This document shows positions 15,201-24,892 of a stretch of 64,000 nucleotides of DNA, one piece after another. The stretch spans positions 17,608 to 81,607 of IMG/VR virus record IMGVR_UViG_3300021959_000022; one strand, given 5' to 3'. Numbering within the stretch: the first letter of the stretch is position 1; every line of letters starts with the position of its first letter. The position numbers were made by a program, and so were the translations under genes. The notes under the pieces were generated by a model. It did not search any database, was not told the DNA's origin, and saw nothing but the letters and a program-made list of their open reading frames with translations. This stretch comes from a virus.

Positions 15201-16062
15201 CCATTTTACTTTGGCCAATGCTCCTGTCAGTGCAGATTACACATTCGTGCATCTCGACAAACAGCACCTAACTGCCAACCATGATTATAGGGTTGAAGGA
15301 AACGAGATAATCATTCCTGAATCGGTCATAGGGGACGGCACAGTCAAGGATGTAGTGATTTCGTATGTGACCGGCACAGTTTCACAACCAGCCATGGGTT
15401 ATAGAATTTTCAAAGATATTCTCAACAGATATCATTATAGAAGATTAAGCAAGACACACACCACCACGCTGGCTCAAGCTCTCACACAAACAGACACCAG
15501 CATAATCGTTGCAGATGCTTCGGTGCTGGCTAATCCAAATCCTTCCGCGAACATACCCGGTGTTGTCTGGATAGGCAAAGAAAGGATCACATATTTTACC
15601 AAAGATGGGAACACTTTGGGACAGATCATGCGTGGAACTTTGGGCACAGCCATTTCAAACACTTTGGTGAGTGGAACCAAGGTGGTAGATGCTTCATTGG
15701 TGCAAAATATTCCTTACACAGATACTGTAAAAGTTTCTACATTTAAGGGTGATGGAAGCACCACAGCCTTCACAATGGTCAATGATGCTGACAGTGTGTC
15801 ATTCACTGCATCAGCAACAAATCAGTTGGTGGTACAATTGGGAGGAACCAAGATCACCGACTACACAGTGGATGGATCAAGCACTATTACATTGGGAACT
15901 GCTCCTGCTACTGGTGTGATGGTAAGAGTAACCAAGAAAACAGGCACAACATGGTACAATGCAGGATCCGGCACAGCCGCTGATGGGTTAGGACTGCAAG
16001 CATCTACAGGAGAAGAGGTATCATTCTTACAACAACATCCCGCAGAACTGCCCGAAAATTAA
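3277..16062 (+). CDS. Giant (4261 aa) virion structural protein, probable baseplate wedge/adhesin with FG-GAP propeller, CBM5/12-like modules and GDGST repeats
   Basis: Uninterrupted 12.8-kb ORF coupled to the gp6-like gene (TAATG). Contains FG-GAP-type repeats (FGSAV/FGWSVA/FGFSIA/FGYSVG...GAP/GSP), '[20 protein letters not shown]' repeats, several 'GDGST..F' modules and W-x5-Y-x3-D/S-V sugar-binding-like modules. Confidence 0.75.
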   Translation: MAKSTRPSHKLLPQTFQTEKNKKFLSSTLDQYIEPSTLDKVNAYVGQKYHSSFRKDDTYLQEQSKERQNYQLETATTYKSNGSEIDFIAPYIDVVNEIGARGGDKYRHDKLWQSDFYSYAPPVDADKLINFREYYWIPNGPISVQSNIDNPGSVITINVTNEGLTGWKFNNKANVNPDITVYRGNTYKFVINAPGMNFWIKTDYGTGRDSTANTDYVNNNGASSGEVTLYIPTSDSSTIPETVLYYQCEDHQPMQGRLIIKDLANENFDIQENLIGVNGFTDSLGLVYSSGQKITFQGDPVSDRPQTFYVENVGRSIMLVEQKDQLVYELYGISEIEPWDYNGVTGWDSKGWGETIGIIEFPDYWTINRASQDLNAWSRGNRWFHRSVIETANLKNNLQTTLNENQRAKRPIVEFIPGLQLFNHGSRGKGVDFVDTKTTDAFSNLQGALGLSIDQTTVTEGSTIVFPNDPEQKNKIFTVKFVVLGDSSLRITFDDDSTTVQEGQSIFVKKGKTQKGKTYHYKNGAWVSSQAKTKLQQKPLFDVFDDAGISLSKNDTYLSTTFAGSTLFEVATDSTQGTPDTVYNTNVIYQRYGLLSDIQLNDSFNKDTFQHITDQGLETFNLRQYFLKVNSGSSYTLSNNWKKNVIEHPQQRIEEYTANKDQTDFEVKAWRNSAQLTDITLQVFIDGELTKDYVRKNTNKNLIVRLNKKQPQGTQITIKSYSERDFPTTNGFWEVPVTVVGNPLNKNLLSFTHGDISSHYKTGVQNHPSFTGLVSGANNSRDLDNVFAYSTKFLQHSSSAPLASVLTRDPVLDIVSAFRSSSNDYEKIKKSLISACDTVTLNGTVAEQLDLLLSYINSNKNSSMPYFSSDMLAYGTNKNTLSYTVTDANITSYPITSAFDLEKLSEKSVYVYINNVQILNGTDYVFTDLQDSTAIIGVDIKKSLNVGDVIIIDEYVSTQGSYIPATPANLGLAPKYTPRKFLDDTYQSEDSTTQGINVIEGHDGSITVAYDDFRDDILLEFEKRIYNNIKTIYKDDIINLEPGFYRLNDYSTDQYDTLIAREFYTWSGVNAIDYSTNSTYDSGNPWTYKWTGYQAKFDDSQLKGFWRRIYHLWFDTDRPHTAPWEMFEFSEKPEWWDSVYGPAPYTGGNLLLWKHVEQGFIPQGSRKGYYRRYARNGVLSNIPVDDAGRLLDPANAGIIKGGTSSEQLQSSSWVFGDWGPPETAWRKSSSFRFALQIAKFLARPGQYSGLYFDTSRIKKNTIDQYVYDGKYRDTITNYALPSGTTLTAGYVNVLYDYVKGLGFGIDYIANRLSNLDVQLAYKLGGFSNKENMNVVVGSYSPSSTNKSVYIPKENFNLYLFKSAPIDNVNYSGVIVEKSAGGYKLSGYNNFDRSFSYYPPRINNNNSVVVVGATTESYVDWRANGFYASGSVVKNGGFFYRANNNISSGQTFEEDNWSKIGASLPLKGGVRVNKYKDYLQNVATITYGTEVSSTQEVANFLYGYDQYLKTKGFVFDEFSTELNTPIDWDLSVKEFLFWSTQEWENSAVITLSPASAKLKFQKENTIGDDLIGGDNFYTVLQQDGFPIQPTNLSTNRTNGQFVIETNPDEDGIYNADIRAIQKEHVLILDNKTSFKDVIYDDLMGVRQDRVKLVGWKTSNWNGDIYAPGYIVDTAKVYSWTTFTDYKKGDVISHQSNTYVVLSNHNSGENFNNSYYRLKTSEPQKDLLPNWDAKAESFRDFYSLDTENFDAEQQKYAQHLIGFQTRTYWENLGLDDLTQYKFYQGMIKDKGTIKPIQRFKSPTTVQDAVEYNVYEENAFRVGEFGSYRTDQNYLFALDDKTHRQQQQVYNITQSVVDDTQNIINVSASEMQDRPYELQFPTFAKYSYDTLNTPDHIFQYPMAGYVQPHQAKFNAYDESQLLNLSVANMFEGDRIWLANTANKDWEIYRATTIDNYIEFYEARDGILQFTTYNPHGLNPGDYIVVKNFDNAIDGIHKVTESPDSTDGLYKFSVPFVETFDSTKQNGTIMKLTSVRLSSVDDIVNITPINGFSTGDTVFVDNGYKTNTGLWKIYQLNNNSVFEKKQKFKSLISTAADTNFGSAVGINSNNGTVLVIGSPNENAAVIYTRNSDADNFKLKNEVVYTYLNSDSSDKNGTSVAVSGDGNTVYSGSPYSKSIMRLNLASAYTSFVPGQLIYGTDSEATGRILINDTTNNVLYVKVISGVFTTENLWLEDSSSLVSISSVVGTTTETNQGLVHIMTKDQYGSWGITQSVASPTLGSDEYFGWSVASSSDGTYLFVGAPSSTTLASDSGLHSGKVYVYKKTSGKYIYNQTLTPGSSSQSIDKFGFSIAVSDDAKVLTISSPYYDLDSSSFGDSATDSGSVYVYRLNDDTYYYQTQEITSPNNQGANFGYSVGISATDKDLLIGSPQTIVNENPQGAVYYYKLNSSSHIGDGSTNAFTPNFTVSSDTVSVSVNGNTVYDYTTSGNVVTFGTTPSIGDAIVISQYKLYQTINQPVYKANSKFGQRVAVDGKRLIVHSLNFGPKQKTTFDKFLTDGSTVTAETTFDGKATSFVSTVSNTGAAFVFSKLDTKFVYESELQPKDLSSNDKFGSALASYNRSIFVGAPGQSVIGSGDSTYSGAGQVYWFKKQSTDASGWELIQTQPTLVDHNKTKTVQVVNKQRPSLISRLEHIDPAKGKLFGRVEQNISYKTPYDPADYDSWTQTNTGQVWLDTSKFKFAWYEQGDLNFRLLNWGKLHPSSTVQANEWTESEYTPEQYNNLAGTQEGESLGITGTAQSNYVAKSVYDPNVQQFKNKYFFWVSNPTVLPQVLFRTVTANQIAQSIIDPKSYSQEYSAVVRDDALLVSYNPNRITNELSLRFENQSESEIQPHKEYVLISENDTTTNIPTQLIEKMKDSLEGNDINGRTVPDVSFPSTMWYGILNRPRQSMFKDRFAALQNMIEFANKALAKKQYAGNKTLTNWLKQEPLPSKIVEGYKIKVDTDTDLTYLNTETYNTNDKVLVEFDSRAGNRWTINTFDENRKFRTTKVQSYDTKRYWEYTDWYASGYDSTLTPDYTVANERAMRTTEYAIGTIIKVKSSYDGKFRFYKKTYNSFDTIASEDGTLKIKTNLYDTSGSNLGYDGDTYSNNVFDERATTEIRFLFDGLQKDIFIDADLLEFNKMFFTLVRYAEQEQKNLDWLFKSSFVKLISTYNKLEQPPEFRLNTTSAVTEFIQEVLPFKTKIRETLEQHKNLETLEGDVTDFDNKSYYDSQNKTYVAPRVFEDDSTYFDVYNYNPWKFYSDNYKFKVGSIDVGTKGSGYTSTPTVTITGGGGSGAVATAVVSGGEITSIKVTASGSGYTTTPTVTLTGGDPTTPAVVAARLVNNKVRSFDSIIKFDRLNSNKEISNSVIKEWAQFTPYAVNDNIRVGKKIYRVHTAFTSDLTYDKDVLLSDSSTAGYLTVLTEWSATDRINSYYSPTAGMAGLIGDGSTNIDAYAQLMTGLEYPGTRLVGLKFEEGEGYDVEPYDIARYDATEQDVIDPTELRNVDQVVDSKSFTTTLGTKAEDIEVVGDAFISEYSAHAPEEVLPGGVYDTLDMKIYTAPSTGSGMMARATYYGDGSTKSFNVPGKISTLDSVRVYVDNQFNQADSTDYELDVVAKTVTFNTAPANMAVVTVHTVDASVDTLVAEFELDGDGSTTQFNLNVSRDSIQQTYVTVNGIKTSVTLNQLTPTCDDTTFTADNTNITADETGDSGITKITFSSAPAEGSKIFVHFFNVSGSIAYSEMVTTEYTVPTTGANKNKVSLNPRPGLIGPYEHKIIVEGVSGTSSTNRYRLSPPVVRYFSGDGSTRTFFVPNNNFKKIEATDSTVEVWVNGIYQGDDSSVNSDYTLNNDSSDVVTVTLNTAPAVGETVAVMLKIGHDYELDTNASVMTLRDGWSSITGNDSSSINNEKIYVTTFRNHNQMNMRTERWEDYAYDQGQGDVHFTLANAPVSADYTFVHLDKQHLTANHDYRVEGNEIIIPESVIGDGTVKDVVISYVTGTVSQPAMGYRIFKDILNRYHYRRLSKTHTTTLAQALTQTDTSIIVADASVLANPNPSANIPGVVWIGKERITYFTKDGNTLGQIMRGTLGTAISNTLVSGTKVVDASLVQNIPYTDTVKVSTFKGDGSTTAFTMVNDADSVSFTASATNQLVVQLGGTKITDYTVDGSSTITLGTAPATGVMVRVTKKTGTTWYNAGSGTAADGLGLQASTGEEVSFLQQHPAELPEN

Positions 16063-16084
16063 AACACATGAGAAAAGGACTCGC

Positions 16085-16090
16085 TAAATA
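16085..16090 (+). promoter_or_regulatory. T4-like late promoter core (TAAATA)
   Basis: CTAAATA in the intergenic gap, 5 nt before ATG 16096; resembles the T4 gp55 late promoter TATAAATA. Confidence 0.5.
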
Positions 16091-16095
16091 ACAAG

Positions 16096-16743
16096 ATGTC
16101 ACAGCAAGAACAAACACCACAACCGGAATCTAAGAAGCCAGACGAACAGCAAGGCATAGATATTCAAGGTTACATCAAAATTCATGACCCTGAAACAGGT
16201 CAAGTGTATGTGGACAAGAAGAATGCCATCCACTATGAAAATTTTTCCGTGGCATTGGCACAATCCTTGGCCAACAGGACCACTGGCTTCATGGAAGAAA
16301 TGCATTTTGGAAATGGTGGAACCACAGTAGACGCTTCAGGTAATATCACATATTTGACACCCAACGCCACTGGTTCCAATGCTAATCTTTACAATCGAAC
16401 TTATTACAAGACTATAAACGACACATCATCATCCAATACTGACACAGCAAGAAACAAGTTAACAATTTCACACACTACAGGAAACACCTACACAGATTTG
16501 ATAGCAACATGTTTATTAGATTTCGGTGAGCCTGCAGGCCAACAAGCTTTTGATAATACAACCACGTTGAATGACACATATGTGTTTGATGAATTGGGAC
16601 TATTCACAAATGAAGGCACAGCGGGGGCTGGCAAACTCTTGACACACGTCATATTCCATCCCGTCCAAAAGTCGTTGAACAGGTTGATACAGATCGATTA
16701 CACTATCAGAATCCAATCATTAACAAATTTTGTGGACGTATAG
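16096..16743 (+). CDS. Virion structural protein (baseplate/tail-associated)
   Basis: 215-aa ORF between baseplate and fibre genes; motifs 'FGNGGT', 'FDELGL', 'LLTHVIFHPVQKSLNRLIQIDY'. Confidence 0.6.
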   Translation: MSQQEQTPQPESKKPDEQQGIDIQGYIKIHDPETGQVYVDKKNAIHYENFSVALAQSLANRTTGFMEEMHFGNGGTTVDASGNITYLTPNATGSNANLYNRTYYKTINDTSSSNTDTARNKLTISHTTGNTYTDLIATCLLDFGEPAGQQAFDNTTTLNDTYVFDELGLFTNEGTAGAGKLLTHVIFHPVQKSLNRLIQIDYTIRIQSLTNFVDV

Positions 16744-16746
16744 TAA

Positions 16747-18738
16747 ATGGCATACACTATTAACAAAACAGATGGAACAGTAGTAGCAACAGTCGAAGAC
16801 GGCACACTCAATACTTCCACCTCGATCAGTTTGGTTGGACAGAATTATCAAGGCTATGGCGAAGCAATTGGCGAAAATTTTATTACTCTATTAGAAAATT
16901 CTGCGAATACATCAGCACCTACTAATCCTATCACTGGTGAACTTTGGTATGATAAAACTAATAATTCACTCAAAGTGTATGATGGTGTTTATTTCGAATA
17001 CATCAATACAGTAAGACCATCTTCCAGCCAACCCACACAAAGTTTAAGAACAGGTGTATTGTGGTATGACACATCCAATTCATTATTAAAATTATACAAC
17101 GGTACATCTTTCGTAACAGTTGGTCCTGTGACAGTTTTGGACGAAGACAACATGGCTTCGAATTCTGCAACTGCTGTCGCATCACAGCAATCAGTCAAAA
17201 AATATGTGGATGATCAAATTGTAGCAAGTAACACTTTGCCGGTGGTTGGTGATGATTCCACCACAATAGAAGTACCTTTTACAACAGGTTTAACTGTGAG
17301 AGGTGGAACAAATATTTCAACCACCACAGACATAGACAGTTCAGCAGAATTGATCACGGCATACAGATTGACAGTCAATTTAGATTCGAACATCACAGTC
17401 AATCAAATTGGAGCTGCAGATTCGTCATCAGTTTCGATAACATCTCCATTGCAGGTTACCGGATCTCTGCAAACCACAGGAGCTTTTAAAACAGGCACAT
17501 CCTTGCAGATAGCAGGCACCACTGCGGTGACATCGATATTAGACGAAGATGCCATGGGATCTAACTCAGCAACCGCACTGGCCACTCAACAATCAATCAA
17601 AGCATATGTTGATTCAGCAGTGTCTGGATTGACAACCACATTTAGTTTTTCAGATTCCGCTTCCAACACAGGTTCCATCACACTTGGTACCACAGACATG
17701 GAATTCAGATCGGGAGATTCGATCACGACCACGGTGGCGGGGACGGGCGTAACATTCGATCTCAACGAAACCATTTCTGTTGACCAAATCAATGCCGGCG
17801 ACTCATCAGTCATCACAATGGGTGCGCCTATCAGAGTATTATCAGATTCAGGCATCACGCTTGGTGCCGACGATGACGTCAGTTTGACTCAGAGTGGTGC
17901 TAACTTCACCCTAAAAAATAAAACAGAGGACGGAAACATTTTAATCAACGTGAATGATGGTGGAGTTGATTCCACAGCAGTCACAGTCAACGGATCCACC
18001 AAAGCAGTTACATTTGCAGGCAATTGTACAGTGCAAGGAGACTTAAACGTCACAGGAACAACATTCACAAACAACTCGGAAACTTTAACAATCACAGATC
18101 CTTTGATCGTTCTCAATCAAGGAGCATCCATCATCCAAGGTTATGATGCTGGAATAATCGTGGACAGAGGTGTTGGAGATTCAGCCAATCAGCAGAATGC
18201 GGCCCTACTATGGGACGAGTCTGCCAACACATTTGCTTTTGTGTTCACTCCTGAAGATGGAACCACAGCAGGCAACGTGGCAATTTCACAGTATGCAGAA
18301 TTGAGAGTGAGCGAACTCACTGGTAAGGCATCATCGGCCACTTACGCTGACTTGGCGGAAAGATATGAAGCAGATGTGCCCATGGACATAGGAGATTGTG
18401 TAAAGATAGGTGGTTCGAAAGAAATCACAAAAACAGATAAGGAATACGACACAGATGTGTTTGGAGTTATCGCAGAAAACCCAGCATTCAAGATGAATGC
18501 AGATGCGGGCACTGACGACTCACATCCGTATGTAACACTGACAGGCAGAACTGTGTGCAAGGTGCAAGGACCCATCGCTAAAGGCGATCGCATTGTCACC
18601 AGCGATGTGCCGGGAGTTGCAAAAAAGTGCGACTTAAATGACCCTAAATTCCACACTTTGACTATTATTGGCAGGAGTTTGGGCAGTCATGCCACCACAG
18701 CTGTGGCCATGATAGAAGTGGTTTTAGGAAGGAACTAA
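16747..18738 (+). CDS. Tail fibre-like protein 1 with C-terminal 'YADLAERY' domain (probable intramolecular chaperone/autocleaving peptidase)
   Basis: N-terminus 'MAYTINKTDG...GELWYD', Thr/Ser/Gly-rich beta repeats, C-terminus 'YADLAERYEAD...GRTVCKVQGPIAKGDRIVTS..PG'. Confidence 0.7.
   Translation: MAYTINKTDGTVVATVEDGTLNTSTSISLVGQNYQGYGEAIGENFITLLENSANTSAPTNPITGELWYDKTNNSLKVYDGVYFEYINTVRPSSSQPTQSLRTGVLWYDTSNSLLKLYNGTSFVTVGPVTVLDEDNMASNSATAVASQQSVKKYVDDQIVASNTLPVVGDDSTTIEVPFTTGLTVRGGTNISTTTDIDSSAELITAYRLTVNLDSNITVNQIGAADSSSVSITSPLQVTGSLQTTGAFKTGTSLQIAGTTAVTSILDEDAMGSNSATALATQQSIKAYVDSAVSGLTTTFSFSDSASNTGSITLGTTDMEFRSGDSITTTVAGTGVTFDLNETISVDQINAGDSSVITMGAPIRVLSDSGITLGADDDVSLTQSGANFTLKNKTEDGNILINVNDGGVDSTAVTVNGSTKAVTFAGNCTVQGDLNVTGTTFTNNSETLTITDPLIVLNQGASIIQGYDAGIIVDRGVGDSANQQNAALLWDESANTFAFVFTPEDGTTAGNVAISQYAELRVSELTGKASSATYADLAERYEADVPMDIGDCVKIGGSKEITKTDKEYDTDVFGVIAENPAFKMNADAGTDDSHPYVTLTGRTVCKVQGPIAKGDRIVTSDVPGVAKKCDLNDPKFHTLTIIGRSLGSHATTAVAMIEVVLGRN
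17137..17613 (+). repeat. Internal duplicated protein module in tail fibre 1
   Basis: 'LDEDNMASNSATAVASQQSVKKYVD' (~17137-17211) and 'LDEDAMGSNSATALATQQSIKAYVD' (~17539-17613). Confidence 0.75.
18310..18368 (+). repeat. 59-bp near-identical repeat, copy 1 (shared between the two fibre genes)
   Basis: AGCGAACTCACTGGTaagGCATCATCGGCCACTTACGCTGACTTGGCGGAAAGATATGA; copy 2 at 19946-20004 differs at 2 positions. Confidence 0.9.
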
Positions 18739-18766
18739 CTTTTTTTATACTAATATAAACTAAGGA

Positions 18767-18772
18767 TAAATA
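18767..18772 (+). promoter_or_regulatory. T4-like late promoter core (TAAATA)
   Basis: GATAAATA in the intergenic gap, 6 nt before ATG 18779. Confidence 0.5.
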
Positions 18773-18778
18773 TTTTAA

Positions 18779-20374
18779 ATGGCTTATACAATTAACAAGA
18801 CCGACGGATCGATCTTAACTACCATCGCTGACGGTACAATCGATACCACCACTAATCTTTCATTATTTGGTAAGAATTATGCCGGCTACGGTGAGCCATT
18901 GAACGAAAACTTGGTGGCACTATTAGAAAATTTTGCGAACTCCACAGCAAACGCTCCTACCAAAGCAATCAAGGGACAATTATTTTATGACACCACACTG
19001 AATCAGATGCAGGTGTACAACGGTTCTGCCTTCAAGGCAGTGAGTGGCTCGATTGTGAGCACTTCGGAACCTTCCACAGGATCGCAGGGTGACTTATGGT
19101 ATGATTCCACTAATGAACAAATTTATGTGTACACAGGATCGACTTGGGTGTTGGTTGGACCAGCTGCCACAGCAGGTGCAGGTGTTTCAGGTTCCATCGT
19201 CAGAGTAATCACAGACAACACAGGCACAGACAGAGTTGTTCTGGAATTGACCACTTCGGACACGATAGTTGGAATGGTTTCATCTGTGGAATTTACTCCA
19301 CAATCTGCTATATCAGGATATTCTGTGATCAAGAAAGGTATCACACTTGGCACCAATGTGACATCGAACAAATTCCAAGGCACAGCAACAGATTCGGATG
19401 CATTGGGAGGAATATCAGCGGCAAGTTTTTTAAGATCAGATGCTTCGGACACCACATCAGGTACACTGACAATCCAAGCAGACTCTTCATTGATTTTAGG
19501 ACAAGACGGCGACGTGTCCATGACACAGAGCGGTGCTAATTTTACATTAAGAAATTCAACAGAAGATGGCAACATAATTTTCTCAGTCAATGACGGAGGT
19601 GTAACATCTACCGTGATGACAATGACAGGTGCAGATGCATCGGTGACTGTTGCAAACAACCTCACTGTGACAGGCAACTTAACAGTCAATGGAACAACAA
19701 CTTCTGTAAATGCAACCAACACAACAATTTCGGATCCGCTTATTGTTTTAAATCAGGGAGCATCGATCATATCTGGTTACGACTCCGGACTTATTATAGA
19801 CAGGGGATTAGGAGATTCTGCCGCACAAAGAAATGCGGCCATGTTATGGGATGAATCTGCCAACGAATTCGCTTTTGTGTTCACGACTGAAACAGGAAGC
19901 ACAGCAGGCAACGTGGCAATATCTCAATATGCCAACCTGCAGGTAAGCGAACTCACTGGTCAAGCATCATCGGCCACTTACGCTGACTTGGCGGAAAGAT
20001 ATGAGTCAGACAGCCAATTGGAACCAGGTGATGTTGTTAAATTGGGAGGTGAAAAAGAAATTACCAAAACTACTGCTCCATATGACAAAGACGTGTTTGG
20101 AGTAGTGTCAACAGATCCAGCATTCAAGATGAATTCCAGTGCTGGAGACGACAGCACACATCCTTATGTGGCACTGTCAGGAAGAGTTTACTGCAAGGTA
20201 AAAGGACCTATCAACAAAGGTGACAGGTTAACCACTTCAGATGAACCTGGAGTAGCACAAAAAGCCGATATTGACAGTGAATTACATTCAGTGTATGCTG
20301 TAATAGGTAGATCATTAGAATCGAGTCAAGAGCATGGAATCAGAAAACTCGAAATAGTGGTTGGAAAGTTATAA
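18779..20374 (+). CDS. Tail fibre-like protein 2, paralog of 16747-18738
   Basis: Same N-terminus (MAYTINKTDG), same 'DPLIVLNQGASII.GYD.G.I.DRG' block and same YADLAERY C-terminal domain. Confidence 0.7.
   Translation: MAYTINKTDGSILTTIADGTIDTTTNLSLFGKNYAGYGEPLNENLVALLENFANSTANAPTKAIKGQLFYDTTLNQMQVYNGSAFKAVSGSIVSTSEPSTGSQGDLWYDSTNEQIYVYTGSTWVLVGPAATAGAGVSGSIVRVITDNTGTDRVVLELTTSDTIVGMVSSVEFTPQSAISGYSVIKKGITLGTNVTSNKFQGTATDSDALGGISAASFLRSDASDTTSGTLTIQADSSLILGQDGDVSMTQSGANFTLRNSTEDGNIIFSVNDGGVTSTVMTMTGADASVTVANNLTVTGNLTVNGTTTSVNATNTTISDPLIVLNQGASIISGYDSGLIIDRGLGDSAAQRNAAMLWDESANEFAFVFTTETGSTAGNVAISQYANLQVSELTGQASSATYADLAERYESDSQLEPGDVVKLGGEKEITKTTAPYDKDVFGVVSTDPAFKMNSSAGDDSTHPYVALSGRVYCKVKGPINKGDRLTTSDEPGVAQKADIDSELHSVYAVIGRSLESSQEHGIRKLEIVVGKL
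19946..20004 (+). repeat. 59-bp near-identical repeat, copy 2
   Basis: Matches 18310-18368 at 57/59 positions; a further identical 21-mer lies at 18264-18284 and 19900-19920. Confidence 0.9.
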
Positions 20375-20421
20375 AAAAGAATATATAAAAAAGTAAAAAA
20401 GGGCAAAGGTAGAAAAAGAAA

Positions 20422-21327
20422 ATGACAATAGCATCAGGAAGTTTAGTATTAGCAACAGACTACAACGCAATACGAACCACTGTAGATAATGTCCTGGGCA
20501 CTGGCTCGGGAGACAGCGGATACGGGCAATCATTAACATCATCAGCAAAGACAACATCGGATATTATCTTAGATGATGACATCAATCAATTATACGCTGA
20601 CATACAAGTTGCTCACACCCATCAACAAGGATCTGCCACTTCACTTATTGCCCAAGTGACAACTGCTGACCTTATTGAAGCCAACAACGGAGTTTCGTTC
20701 AAGGGTTGGACACAATATCAAACAGCGGCCAACCTCATCCAAACAAACAGATTGACTGCCAATGCGGCATCCATGACTGCCACAGCGGCCAAGACCACAG
20801 AAACCAAAGCGGCAGGCTGGAACGGTTCCAACAACCAGATTGTCACAGTGACATTTTCATCTGCGGAAGCGAGAAGATTTTTCTTCAACTCGGGTGGTGA
20901 AATAAGAATTTCTGCATCAGTGGCTTCGGGTGGTAACACCAAATCCGTAGACTGGGCGACCATGTGTTCATCAGTGGGCACTTTAAAAATTTCAAAATCA
21001 TCCATCACCAAAACAGGTGCTTCAGGCACAATTTATGGTTCATACAACGAATCCACAATACCAGGATCTACCACAAAGATCATGGACAGATACGGTTCAG
21101 GCAACTACGCAGAAAACTACTGGCAAGTAGATGCCGCAAACACATCTGCCACAGTCATCACAATCACTCAAACATTCAACGATGCTGACACAGGTGACCA
21201 AACTGGTACAGGACCAGCGGTGGACGAGAACGTGGACAGAGCACTCACAGTGAATGTGGGCGAGTTGAGAGCAACAACATCACTGACCATTGCTTCACCA
21301 ACTTTCGCAGTAACCAACTCAATCTAA
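20422..21327 (+). CDS. Virion structural protein (Thr/Ser/Ala-rich)
   Basis: 301 aa; motifs 'GTGSGDSGYGQ' and 'ARRFFFNSGGEIRI'; last gene of the structural block. Confidence 0.55.
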   Translation: MTIASGSLVLATDYNAIRTTVDNVLGTGSGDSGYGQSLTSSAKTTSDIILDDDINQLYADIQVAHTHQQGSATSLIAQVTTADLIEANNGVSFKGWTQYQTAANLIQTNRLTANAASMTATAAKTTETKAAGWNGSNNQIVTVTFSSAEARRFFFNSGGEIRISASVASGGNTKSVDWATMCSSVGTLKISKSSITKTGASGTIYGSYNESTIPGSTTKIMDRYGSGNYAENYWQVDAANTSATVITITQTFNDADTGDQTGTGPAVDENVDRALTVNVGELRATTSLTIASPTFAVTNSI

Positions 21328-21329
21328 TA

Positions 21330-21358
21330 TTGACAGATTTTAACTTTTAAGTTACAAT
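21330..21358 (+). promoter_or_regulatory. Sigma70-type promoter heading the enzyme cluster
   Basis: TTGACA-17 nt-TACAAT; ATG follows 6 nt later; inverted repeat TAACTT-tt-AAGTTA spans the spacer and the start of the -10. Confidence 0.75.
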
Positions 21359-21364
21359 ATTCGT

Positions 21365-21718
21365 ATGGATAATAGACTTAGCAAGGCCTTGGAGTTTGGC
21401 AACTACATGGTCACACTCAACAACCAAAAAAGATTGCTCAAGGAAAAATTTTTGGATCAATCTGTCCATTATGTGGATGGCCACAAGTTTGAGATTACCA
21501 AAGCACTGATCACATACTGCAAGACACTGATCGATCTTGGACACACCACCGACGTGGTTGTGGTGGATTCTTTGGATGCACCCTATCGTGTGCCAGATCT
21601 CAACCAGTTCCTTGAACAAATACTCGACGTGTACATGGGCAATCTAAATGCATACCACACTGAATACAACAAAATCAAAAACAAACGATCCATACAAGAA
21701 ATTGTAGACAATGAATAA
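21365..21718 (+). CDS. Hypothetical protein, first gene of the enzyme cluster
   Basis: 117-aa ORF after the promoter, overlapping the next gene. Confidence 0.6.
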   Translation: MDNRLSKALEFGNYMVTLNNQKRLLKEKFLDQSVHYVDGHKFEITKALITYCKTLIDLGHTTDVVVVDSLDAPYRVPDLNQFLEQILDVYMGNLNAYHTEYNKIKNKRSIQEIVDNE

Positions 21719-22571
21719 TGGTGTCCTACTATTTGCCAACAACAATGATCAAATTGACTATGTCAAACAGGCGGTATTCTTAGCCACACAGATCAAACGC
21801 CACATGAATTGTGGTGTGGCCATAGCAACAGATTCACCGGATTACCTCAAAGACGGGTTCACAAAACACAATTCTGCAGTGGATCACATCATCCCCATTG
21901 ACTGGCACGTGACCCAAACCACACAATACAAGAGATTCAGAGATGGAACCAAAGCAGAAAAGAGCCTTATGTGGAAAAACACCAATAGGTCATCGGCATA
22001 TGAACTGACCCCATTCGATCAAACCATAGTTTTGGACACTGATGTCATGATCAACAATTCGAAACTGCAGGACTGTTTCCAACAACCGCACGATTTCCTG
22101 ATAGACAGGCATCCTGTGGACATACATCCGACCAGACACGATCCTACTTTCGAAAGGATTTCGGACAAGTCCGTGCAATTCTTCTGGGCCACCGCTTTCT
22201 TTTTTAAGAAAACACATCTCACACACATGCTGTTCGAAATCATAGCACACGTCAAGGAAAATTATAATTTTTATAGGATGATGTATCAAATCCAACCCAC
22301 TAAATTGAGGAATGATTTTGTGTTTTCTATAGCAATTCACATTCTAAATGGCTTCCAGACCAATCCTGATTGGCCGTACTCCATGCCGGCTCGGATGTTT
22401 ATGACCACTGACAAGGACATCCTGCACAAGATCAAGGACAACAAGATGACATTTTTGTTGGACAAGGAAACCCATCCTGGGCAGTACACAGTCAATTCTG
22501 TTCAAGGAGTCAATGTGCATTGTATGAACAAGTTTTCTTTGGGCAGATGCATCGATGAGGTATGGTCTTGA
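21711..22571 (+). CDS. Putative GT-A fold glycosyltransferase
   Basis: 'AYELTPFDQTIVLDTD' DxD motif; 'FFWATAFFF', 'RNDFVFSIA'. Confidence 0.6.
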   Translation: MNNGVLLFANNNDQIDYVKQAVFLATQIKRHMNCGVAIATDSPDYLKDGFTKHNSAVDHIIPIDWHVTQTTQYKRFRDGTKAEKSLMWKNTNRSSAYELTPFDQTIVLDTDVMINNSKLQDCFQQPHDFLIDRHPVDIHPTRHDPTFERISDKSVQFFWATAFFFKKTHLTHMLFEIIAHVKENYNFYRMMYQIQPTKLRNDFVFSIAIHILNGFQTNPDWPYSMPARMFMTTDKDILHKIKDNKMTFLLDKETHPGQYTVNSVQGVNVHCMNKFSLGRCIDEVWS

Positions 22572-23413
22572 GCAAAGGTTTTGGAATTTTCGCACAGAAT
22601 GTCTACAATGAAGGTCATGAGTGTGACTATCTGACCCAGGCTTATGCCCTTGCACTCAGCATCAAGATCAATTGCGGCAAGCAATGGCCGGTGTTTGTGA
22701 TGACCAATGACCAAGTACCTGAACAATACAAGGAAGTGTTTGACGAGATAGTACCGATACCTTGGGGAGACATGGCGGAAAATTCACTGTGGAAGATTGA
22801 AAACCGATGGAAGATGTATCACAAGACACCCTATCGAGAAACCATCGTGCTGGATTCGGATTGTTTGGTCATGCGTGACATTTCACATTGGTGGGATCTG
22901 TTGGAGGGAAGGACTGTGAGTTATGGAAACAACCCCATCACATACACAGGCCAACCCATACAAGACACATACAGGAAAACTTTCATAGCAAATGATCTTC
23001 CTGATGTGTACAACACCATATTTTACTTTAAAAAATCTCCGGAAGCCAAAGCATTTTTCACAATGGTGGAAATAATTGTAAACAATTGGAAGGAATTCTA
23101 TCTGAGATATGCTCCAAAAGAATTCCAGAAATTCCCTTCCATGGATTTGACCTGTGCCATAGCGGCCAAACTCACAGGCATGCAGGATGAATTCACAGAC
23201 AGAAATTTTATCCCCTTCATCCACATGAAACCCAAATGCCAAGGATGGTCCAACGCACCTTTGAATTGGACCAACGTGATCGGATCTTACATCAACAATC
23301 AGGGAGAACTAAAATTGGGCAATCACAGAATCACTGATGTTTTACACTATGTTGAATCCGAATTCTTGACTCCGAAAATCATCAACACATTGGAGAACTT
23401 GTACCATGTCTAA
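22562..23413 (+). CDS. Putative GT-A fold glycosyltransferase (paralog of 21711)
   Basis: 'TPYRETIVLDSD' DxD motif, 'FIHMK', 'LHYVE'; same layout as the preceding gene. Confidence 0.6.
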   Translation: MVLSKGFGIFAQNVYNEGHECDYLTQAYALALSIKINCGKQWPVFVMTNDQVPEQYKEVFDEIVPIPWGDMAENSLWKIENRWKMYHKTPYRETIVLDSDCLVMRDISHWWDLLEGRTVSYGNNPITYTGQPIQDTYRKTFIANDLPDVYNTIFYFKKSPEAKAFFTMVEIIVNNWKEFYLRYAPKEFQKFPSMDLTCAIAAKLTGMQDEFTDRNFIPFIHMKPKCQGWSNAPLNWTNVIGSYINNQGELKLGNHRITDVLHYVESEFLTPKIINTLENLYHV

Positions 23414-23972
23414 CATGTGGATCAGATATGATGCCGAATCTGGCACCATCCATTCCATAGGTGGTGGCCGAGACGACACGTTGGAAGGATCCTGGGCAAC
23501 CATAGATCTTTTCACAGCCACAGAATTCATCGATGGAGTCAAACAGATCATGGATTACATCGCGGTGCCAGTGCCCGGTGACGAAGGCACAGTGAAAATT
23601 GTAAACACCAAAGAAGAACAGATTGATTACGACATCGCCAAATCCATTTACCAGATTGAAAAGGGGTATTATCCAGAAGGTGAAAGTTGTATAGTCACGC
23701 AAGAACCGGACAAGTGGACTGTGAGCCTATCGGAAAAACTAAGATCCATGTTGAAAAACAATGACTACTATGAGAAAAAAGTGTATAATTTTTACATCAC
23801 TGAAGAGAATGATCCTAATGTGTTGTTGGACAAGTTCCAGATTACCATTGGTGATCTAATCCAAGGGGACTGTGTGATCAAAGACATAGATACTAATGTA
23901 TGCCAGAGGCAAGATGTGAGTGTGTTCGCATTCAGACTCTTTGACACCTACAAACATGTGGTAAAAATATGA
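23406..23972 (+). CDS. Hypothetical protein
   Basis: 188-aa ORF overlapping both neighbours. Confidence 0.55.
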   Translation: MSNMWIRYDAESGTIHSIGGGRDDTLEGSWATIDLFTATEFIDGVKQIMDYIAVPVPGDEGTVKIVNTKEEQIDYDIAKSIYQIEKGYYPEGESCIVTQEPDKWTVSLSEKLRSMLKNNDYYEKKVYNFYITEENDPNVLLDKFQITIGDLIQGDCVIKDIDTNVCQRQDVSVFAFRLFDTYKHVVKI

Positions 23973-24892
23973 AACAAGTAAAAATTGCAGACTGCGACAT
24001 AGTTTTCCTGTCATACGATGAACCAAACTGCGAACAGAATTGGGCAGACTTGGCGGCCAAAGTGCCATGGGCCAAACGAGTGCATGGCGTCAAAGGACCT
24101 GACAGAGCACACAAAGAATGTGCCATGATCGCAGAAACGGACAGATTCGTCACAGTGGATGGAGATTCCATCATTGATCCGAGATTCATTGAACAGATCA
24201 TCACTGTGGAAGATGACGTGGACGTCGAAAATTCCGTGCTGTCATGGTGTGGACAAAATTCCGTGAATGGCCTGCTGTATGGCAACGGTGGCCTCAAGGG
24301 TTGGCCCAAACATTATGTGTTGACCATGAAGAGCCATGAAGCCGCTGACACAGATCGTGCTCGAGTTGATTTTTGTTGGGAAGGAAACTACATTCATTTG
24401 AACAAGTGTTTCTGTAAGACAGTGATCAATTCAACTCCCGAACAGGCATGGCGGGCAGGATTCAGGGAAGGCGTCAAGATGACGCTGGATCGTGGGTTAA
24501 AAGTTGATCCGCATGCCATCAATCAAAATCATTGGAAGAACATGGACAGATTGTACATATGGCAGATGGTGGGCGCTGATGTTGACAACGGATTGTGGGC
24601 CATCCTTGGAGCAAGGCAGGGATCATATCTGACCAATCTCACAGACTTTGATTGGGTACAGATCAGGGATTCGGACTACCTAAGCACATACTTCAAGAGC
24701 GAAGTTTCCACCACCATAAATGACGCTAATATCATGGAAAAAATACATGAGTATGGTCGATCTTTGGTGGAACAACTACACTTCCCCATCGCTGTGGAAC
24801 CGCTGAGTCCACAGCAGAGCATATTCCACAAGTCGGTGTACAGGAATCCGGAAAGGACCATCAAGGGATTTATGGACTACACAAATGGATGA
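23969..24892 (+). CDS. Putative glycosyltransferase (GT-A-like)
   Basis: 'IVFLSYDEP', 'RVHGVKG', 'FVTVDGD' DxD, 'NGLLYGNGGLK', 'AWRAGFREGVK'. Confidence 0.55.
   Translation: MKQVKIADCDIVFLSYDEPNCEQNWADLAAKVPWAKRVHGVKGPDRAHKECAMIAETDRFVTVDGDSIIDPRFIEQIITVEDDVDVENSVLSWCGQNSVNGLLYGNGGLKGWPKHYVLTMKSHEAADTDRARVDFCWEGNYIHLNKCFCKTVINSTPEQAWRAGFREGVKMTLDRGLKVDPHAINQNHWKNMDRLYIWQMVGADVDNGLWAILGARQGSYLTNLTDFDWVQIRDSDYLSTYFKSEVSTTINDANIMEKIHEYGRSLVEQLHFPIAVEPLSPQQSIFHKSVYRNPERTIKGFMDYTNG

Noticed and set aside
18310-20004. Diversity-generating retroelement (TR/VR) or invertible fibre switch
   Set aside because: No reverse transcriptase or invertase in the window; the repeats are direct, short, both inside coding genes and lack a one-sided adenine mismatch pattern.
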